Shown here piece by piece: positions 59,456-64,000 of a stretch of DNA of 64,000 nt. The DNA comes from an uncultured delta proteobacterium (GTDB taxonomy: Bacteria; Myxococcota; Myxococcia; SLRQ01). The translations under genes and the position numbers were made by a program. Under the pieces are notes generated by a model. It did not search any database, was not told the origin of the DNA, and saw only the letters and a list, made by a program, of their open reading frames with translations. The DNA is taken from assembly GCA_963727485.1 (NCBI GenBank), contig CAVSGM010000002.1:544001-608000 (forward strand). Direction: 5' to 3'. The stretch's first letter is position 1. Each line of letters opens with the position of its first letter.

Positions 59456-61405
59456 ATGCGCCCCATCCGCCGATTCGCGCCCCTCGCCCTTGCCGTGATC
59501 CTCGCCGCCTGCGCCTCGGCGGGAGGCGCCGGGGTGCGCGACGGCGGCGGGATGTCGACCGACGGCGGGACGCACACCGACGGCGGGACGCACACCGACG
59601 GCGGGACGCACACCGACGGCGGCACCCCGGCCGCCGACCGGGAGACCACCCTGGTCCACGACCTCACCGCCGGCGACGACCTGCTCCTGCGCACCCGCCC
59701 GGGCCTGGTCGAGGCGAAGTACGCCGCCATGGCGAGCGACCTCTACGCCTACTACCGGGGCAACGCCGCCAGCTTCGCCGCCGACGTCCGGCGCGGCGCC
59801 ATGCCCGCGTTCCAGACGCCCTTCGGCGCCGCGGATGTCCAGGTGGCCTCCTCCGGCGACGCCCACTTCGAGAACTTCGGCCTCCTCCTCGCCGGCGACG
59901 GGACCTTCGCCCTCGAGCCCAACGACCTCGACGCCGCCGACCGCTACCCCTGGCTCTGGGACCTCCAGCGGATGACCACCGGCCTGGTCCTCGCCGCCCG
60001 GGCCACCGCCGCCTCCGCGGCCAGGGACGTCGCCGCCGCCGCGCTCACCGCCTACGACCAGGAGATCCGGCGCCTCGCCCAGGGAGGCGCCCCAGCGCGG
60101 ATCGACGGCGACGGCGGCAACCCCATCCTCGCCGACGCCTTCTCCCGCGCCGCCCGGGACCTCGCCGACCGCCGGGAGCTCACCGACGACACCGTGGTCA
60201 GCGGCACCACCCGGACCTTCCGCCTCGGCGTCCTCGACCCGGCGTCGCCCGACCAGCGCCAGGTGTCCGTCGAGGCCGCCGACCGCGCCGCCGTCGACGC
60301 CACCCTCGCCGAGTGGAACGCCCACCTCGCCGCCCCGCTGCCGGCGGCGAACCTCCAGGTCCTCGACGTGGTCCGGGCCCTGGGCCACGGGGTCGCCAGC
60401 CGCCCACGTCTGCGCCTCCTGGTCCTCATCCAAGGCCCCACCAGCGCCGTGGACGACGACGTCATCCTGGAGATCAAGGAGGAGGCGGCGGGCACGCCCT
60501 CGCCCGTCGGGGCCGCCTTCGCCGATCCCCAGGCGCGCCTGCGCACCCTCGTGGGCACCCTCCTCGCCCGGGCCGACAGCGCGCCCACCTGGGGCGCCGC
60601 CACCTACGAGGGCCTGCCGGTCCAGGTCCGCGCCGAGCGCGCCTGCGAGAAGACCCTCCGGGTCCACCGCCTCGTCGGGGCCCGGGGCACCCCCGCCGCC
60701 CTCGAGGGCGTCGCCGCCGTCCTCGGGCGCCTCCTGGCGCGGATGCACGCTTCGGCGCTCCCCGGCGGCCAGAGCCCCGCGGCGCGGATCGTCGCCGCCC
60801 TCGACACCGACCCGAGCCACTTCGTCTCCGCCCTCGCCGACGCCGCGGTCGCCTACGCCGACCGGGTCACCTCGGACCAGGCCCTGTTCAGGGACGCCCT
60901 GGCGACCGAGGGCCCGCGCCTCGGGGTCACCGCCACCGAGCTCTCGGTGAACGAGGTCGCCGTCGACGGCCCGGACTGGATTGAGCTCGCCGCCGGCACC
61001 GCCGGGCCCTTCGTGGACCTGACGGACCTCGCCATCACCGACTCCGACGGCGCCGGGGCACCGAACGGCGCCCACGCCGTCGCCCTCCCCGACGGCCTGC
61101 GGATCCCCGCCGGGGGCTACTTCCTGGTGCTGGCCAAGGTGAGCGCGCCGGTCGCCGGCATCACCCCGGACTGCACCCTCGCTGGCGTCCCGGCGTGCGT
61201 GCAGGTGGGCTTCGGGCTCTCCGGGTCCGCCGGGGACGGGGCCTTCGTCCTCGACGCCAGCGCCGGGACCGTCGCCTCGGCCGCCGTCCCCGCCGGGGCC
61301 GTGCCCGCGGGCTCGGGGCGCACCTTTGGACGCGTGCCCGACCGCACCGGGGCCCTTGGCCTCACCCAGGCCACCCCCGACGCGGCGAACCGCGCGGCGC
61401 CCTAG
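59456..61405 (+). CDS. Lipoprotein with DUF2252 (kinase-like) domain and C-terminal lamin-tail-like domain
   Basis: Lipobox LAAC; YYRG, GDAHFENFG, NDLD and ILEIKE motifs; LSVNEV...DWIEL...TFGRVPD. Confidence 0.8.
   Translation: MRPIRRFAPLALAVILAACASAGGAGVRDGGGMSTDGGTHTDGGTHTDGGTHTDGGTPAADRETTLVHDLTAGDDLLLRTRPGLVEAKYAAMASDLYAYYRGNAASFAADVRRGAMPAFQTPFGAADVQVASSGDAHFENFGLLLAGDGTFALEPNDLDAADRYPWLWDLQRMTTGLVLAARATAASAARDVAAAALTAYDQEIRRLAQGGAPARIDGDGGNPILADAFSRAARDLADRRELTDDTVVSGTTRTFRLGVLDPASPDQRQVSVEAADRAAVDATLAEWNAHLAAPLPAANLQVLDVVRALGHGVASRPRLRLLVLIQGPTSAVDDDVILEIKEEAAGTPSPVGAAFADPQARLRTLVGTLLARADSAPTWGAATYEGLPVQVRAERACEKTLRVHRLVGARGTPAALEGVAAVLGRLLARMHASALPGGQSPAARIVAALDTDPSHFVSALADAAVAYADRVTSDQALFRDALATEGPRLGVTATELSVNEVAVDGPDWIELAAGTAGPFVDLTDLAITDSDGAGAPNGAHAVALPDGLRIPAGGYFLVLAKVSAPVAGITPDCTLAGVPACVQVGFGLSGSAGDGAFVLDASAGTVASAAVPAGAVPAGSGRTFGRVPDRTGALGLTQATPDAANRAAP
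59558..59622 (+). repeat. 18-bp tandem repeat ACCGACGGCGGGACGCAC, three copies plus a partial (TDGGTH linker)
   Basis: Read directly; in-frame linker after the lipobox. Confidence 0.9.
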
Positions 61406-62070
61406 AACACCCCCGGCACCAGGCGCCACCGCACCCGGCGGGCGTAGTCGGCGTAGCCGGCGAGGCCCCGGCGGAGCATCCGGTCCTCGAGGAAGGTCCG
61501 GGCGCCGATCCAGAGCACCGCCACCGCCGCCGCGTCGAAGGCCCACACCTGGCGGAGCAGCAGCGGTGTCCCCGCGGCCCACAGCGCCAGGCCCAGATAC
61601 CCCGGGTGGCGCACCACCGCGTAGGGCCCGGTGTCGATCACCGTCTGGCCGCGGTCGGCCTGGAGCCTCGCGGTCCCCTCGAAGAAGGGGTTCCGGGCCA
61701 TGGCCCGCGCCGAGATCCCGAAGCCCAAACCCAGGACCGCGGCGCCGGCGGCCCAGGTCCACGCCGGGAGCGTCGCCCCGTGGCGGCGGAACCCCAGGGC
61801 CCCCACCACGGCGGCGCTGCCCATCACCGGCCAGAAGAGGAGGTTCCACACCACGTCCCACGCCGGGGTCCCGGGGCCGACCGACCGCCGCGCGGCGCGA
61901 AGCCCCGGGGCCCGGTGGCGCACGTAGACCTGGTGGCCCAGAAGGCAGGCGAGGAGCACCCCCAGGTGCACCCAGCCGCTCGCCCAGCCGAGGCCGGCGA
62001 CGGCGAAGGGCGCCACCGCCCAGGCGAGGTACACGAGGCCGATCCACGCGGCGAGGAGCACCTGGCCCAT
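61402..62070 (-). CDS. Isoprenylcysteine carboxyl methyltransferase family protein
   Basis: NPFF, TGPYAVVRHPGY, RTFLEDRML and Y..RVRWRLVP. Confidence 0.85.
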   Translation of the reverse strand: MGQVLLAAWIGLVYLAWAVAPFAVAGLGWASGWVHLGVLLACLLGHQVYVRHRAPGLRAARRSVGPGTPAWDVVWNLLFWPVMGSAAVVGALGFRRHGATLPAWTWAAGAAVLGLGFGISARAMARNPFFEGTARLQADRGQTVIDTGPYAVVRHPGYLGLALWAAGTPLLLRQVWAFDAAAVAVLWIGARTFLEDRMLRRGLAGYADYARRVRWRLVPGVF

Positions 62071-62149
62071 GGCCCGAAGCCTAGCGCCCGCGGAGGCCGG
62101 TGGCACGGCCCACGCTTGCGGACCGGGCGTCCAGGCCGTACACAGCGCC

Positions 62150-63875
62150 ATGGCCGACCCCGTGACCTTCGCCGATCTGGGCCTGAAGCCCGAGCTCCTC
62201 AAGACCCTGGGCCAGCTCGGCTACGAGGAGCCCACGCCCATCCAGGCCGCCACCATCCCGCCGCTCCTCGAGGGCCGGGACCTCGTGGGCCAGGCCGCCA
62301 CCGGCACCGGCAAGACCGCCGCCTTCGCCCTGCCCCTGCTCCAGGGGCTCCCCGGCAAGCGCCCGCGCCGGGCCCCGCCCTCGGCCCTGATCCTGGTCCC
62401 CACCCGGGAGCTGGCGATGCAGGTCGCCGAGGCGGTGCACCGCTACGGCAAGGCCCTCGGCGTCGCCGTGCTCCCGGTCTACGGCGGCCAGCCCATCTAC
62501 CACCAGCTCAAGGCCCTCGACCGCGGGGTGGACGTGGTCGTGGCCACCCCGGGGCGGGCCCTGGACCACCTGCGCCGCGGCAGCCTGTCGCTGGCGCAGA
62601 TCCGCTACGTCGTCCTCGACGAGGCCGACGAGATGCTCGACATGGGTTTCACCGACGACATCGAGGCCATCCTCGGCGAGCTCCCGGAGGGGCACCAGAC
62701 CGCGCTGTTCTCCGCCACCCTCCCGGCGCGGATCCGGGGCATCGCCAAGCGGCACCTCACCGATCCGGTGGAGATCAAGATCGCCGCCGAGGGTCCGGCG
62801 AAGGGCGACCTCCCCAAGGTGCGCCAGACCGCCTACGTGGTGGCCCGGGGCTACAAGCTCGCGGCCCTCGGGCGCCTCCTCGACCTCGAGGCCCCGGAGG
62901 CCGCCATCGTCTTCTGCCGCACCCGCAACGAGGTGGACCAGCTCCACGAGGCCCTCGGCGGCCGGGGCTACCGCGCCGAGGCGCTCCACGGCGGGCTCTC
63001 CCAGACCCAGCGCGACCAGGTGCTCCGGCGCCTCAAGCGCGGCGCCGCGGACATCGTGGTGGCCACCGACGTCGCCGCCCGGGGCCTGGACATCGAGCGG
63101 CTCACCCACGTCATCAACTACGACGTGCCCTCGGCCCCCGAGGCCTACGTCCACCGCATCGGCCGGGTGGGCCGCGCCGGCCGCGAGGGCGTCGCCCTGA
63201 CCCTCGCCGAGTCCCGGGAGCACCGCCTCCTCAAGAGCATCGAGCGCCTCACCCACCGGCGCATCGAGGTGGCGCGCCTGCCCACCGTCGCCGACCTCCG
63301 GGCCCGGCGCCTCGATCTCCACCCGGGCGTCGATCCGCGAGGCCGTCCTCGCCGGCGGCCTCGAGGCCTTCGCGACGGTGGTCGAGAGCCTCGCCGACGA
63401 GCTCGACCTCTTCGACGTCGCCGCGGCGGCGATGAAGCTGGTCCACGAGGCCACCACCCCCGGCGGCGACGAGGTGGAGATCCCCGACCCGGCCCCCCGG
63501 GCGCCCCGCTCCGAGCGGCCACGGCACGAGGGCCGGCCGGCCCGCGGCGGTCCCGGCAAGCGCGGCCCCCGCCCCGGCGGCCCGGACATGGCCCGGGTGT
63601 TCATCGGCGCCGGGCGCGCCGCCGGGATCCGCCCCCAGGATCTCGTGGGCGCCATCGCCAACGAGGCGGGGATCTCCGGCCGGGCCATCGGCGCCATCGA
63701 GATCGCCGACCGCCACGCCCTCGTCGAGGTCCCCGAGCCCGTGGCCAACGAGGTCATCGCCGCCCTGCGCCGGACGCGGATCAAGGGGCGGAAGGTGCCC
63801 GTGCGCCGGGACCGGGACCAGGGCAGCGGGCCCACGGGCGGCGGGCCCAAGGGCGGTGGCCCCCGGCACGGTTGA
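62150..63875 (+). CDS. deaD: DEAD-box RNA helicase with DbpA RNA-binding domain (DeaD/CsdA-like; +1 frameshift near 63319)
   Basis: Manual translation: Q motif GYEEPTPIQ, ATGTGKT, PTRELA, DEAD, SAT, HRIGRVGRAG; C-terminal GIRPQDLVGAIANE. Confidence 0.92.
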
Positions 63876-63911
63876 CCGGCGGCCCCCGGCGCGCTTCGCT
63901 TTGGGACGACC

Positions 63912-64000
63912 ATGACCGACGCCGCCGACGCCGCCCCGCCCACCGGGGTGATCCTCCGCCTCGCGGCCGCCGAGCTCGCCGGCACCGCGATCCTCGTCGG
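63912..64000 (+). CDS. 5' fragment of a possible MIP/aquaporin family protein
   Basis: MTDAADAAPPTGVILRLAAAELAGTAILV resembles the AE..GT..LV motif of MIP helix 1; truncated by the window end. Confidence 0.45.
   Translation, partial: MTDAADAAPPTGVILRLAAAELAGTAILV

Noticed and set aside
59558..59622. CRISPR-like or regulatory repeat
   Set aside because: No spacers; it is an in-frame peptide linker.

Overview
Very GC-rich chromosomal segment, most likely from a Myxococcota/deltaproteobacterial genome (FHA, PEGA, FecR and Cys-rich lipoproteins, HO-type microcompartment). Housekeeping genes include dciA, ccsA-hemA-hemC-hemD, trxA, mreCD-mrdA-rodA, a SurA/PpiD-like PPIase, psd, initiator tRNA-Met and deaD. 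Accessory features: (1) a Haliangium ochraceum-type microcompartment operon (BMC-T, BMC-H, BMC-P, aldehyde dehydrogenase, BMC-T) with no signature enzyme, followed by a FetAB-like ABC pair; (2) a DNA-damage cluster in which lexA-imuA-imuB and a separated dnaE2 carry a GTTC-N7-GTTC-like operator, while a DnaD-like plus DnaC-like pair, a Nudix hydrolase and yacG run divergently from lexA; (3) three perfect parS-like palindromes (TGCCCACGTGGGCA) just after imuB; (4) a tRNA-adjacent defence cluster (SNIPE/PD-lambda-1-like DUF4041 nuclease and SauUSI-like type IV restriction enzyme); (5) a two-gene surface adhesin-like pair and a lipoprotein with DUF2252 and lamin-tail domains. I infer 14 frameshifts in 12 genes. 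Nearly all are +1 insertions and six can be repaired inside a GATC, which suggests long-read basecalling errors at methylated sites rather than pseudogenes. All family assignments come from motif recognition by eye, not from database searches.
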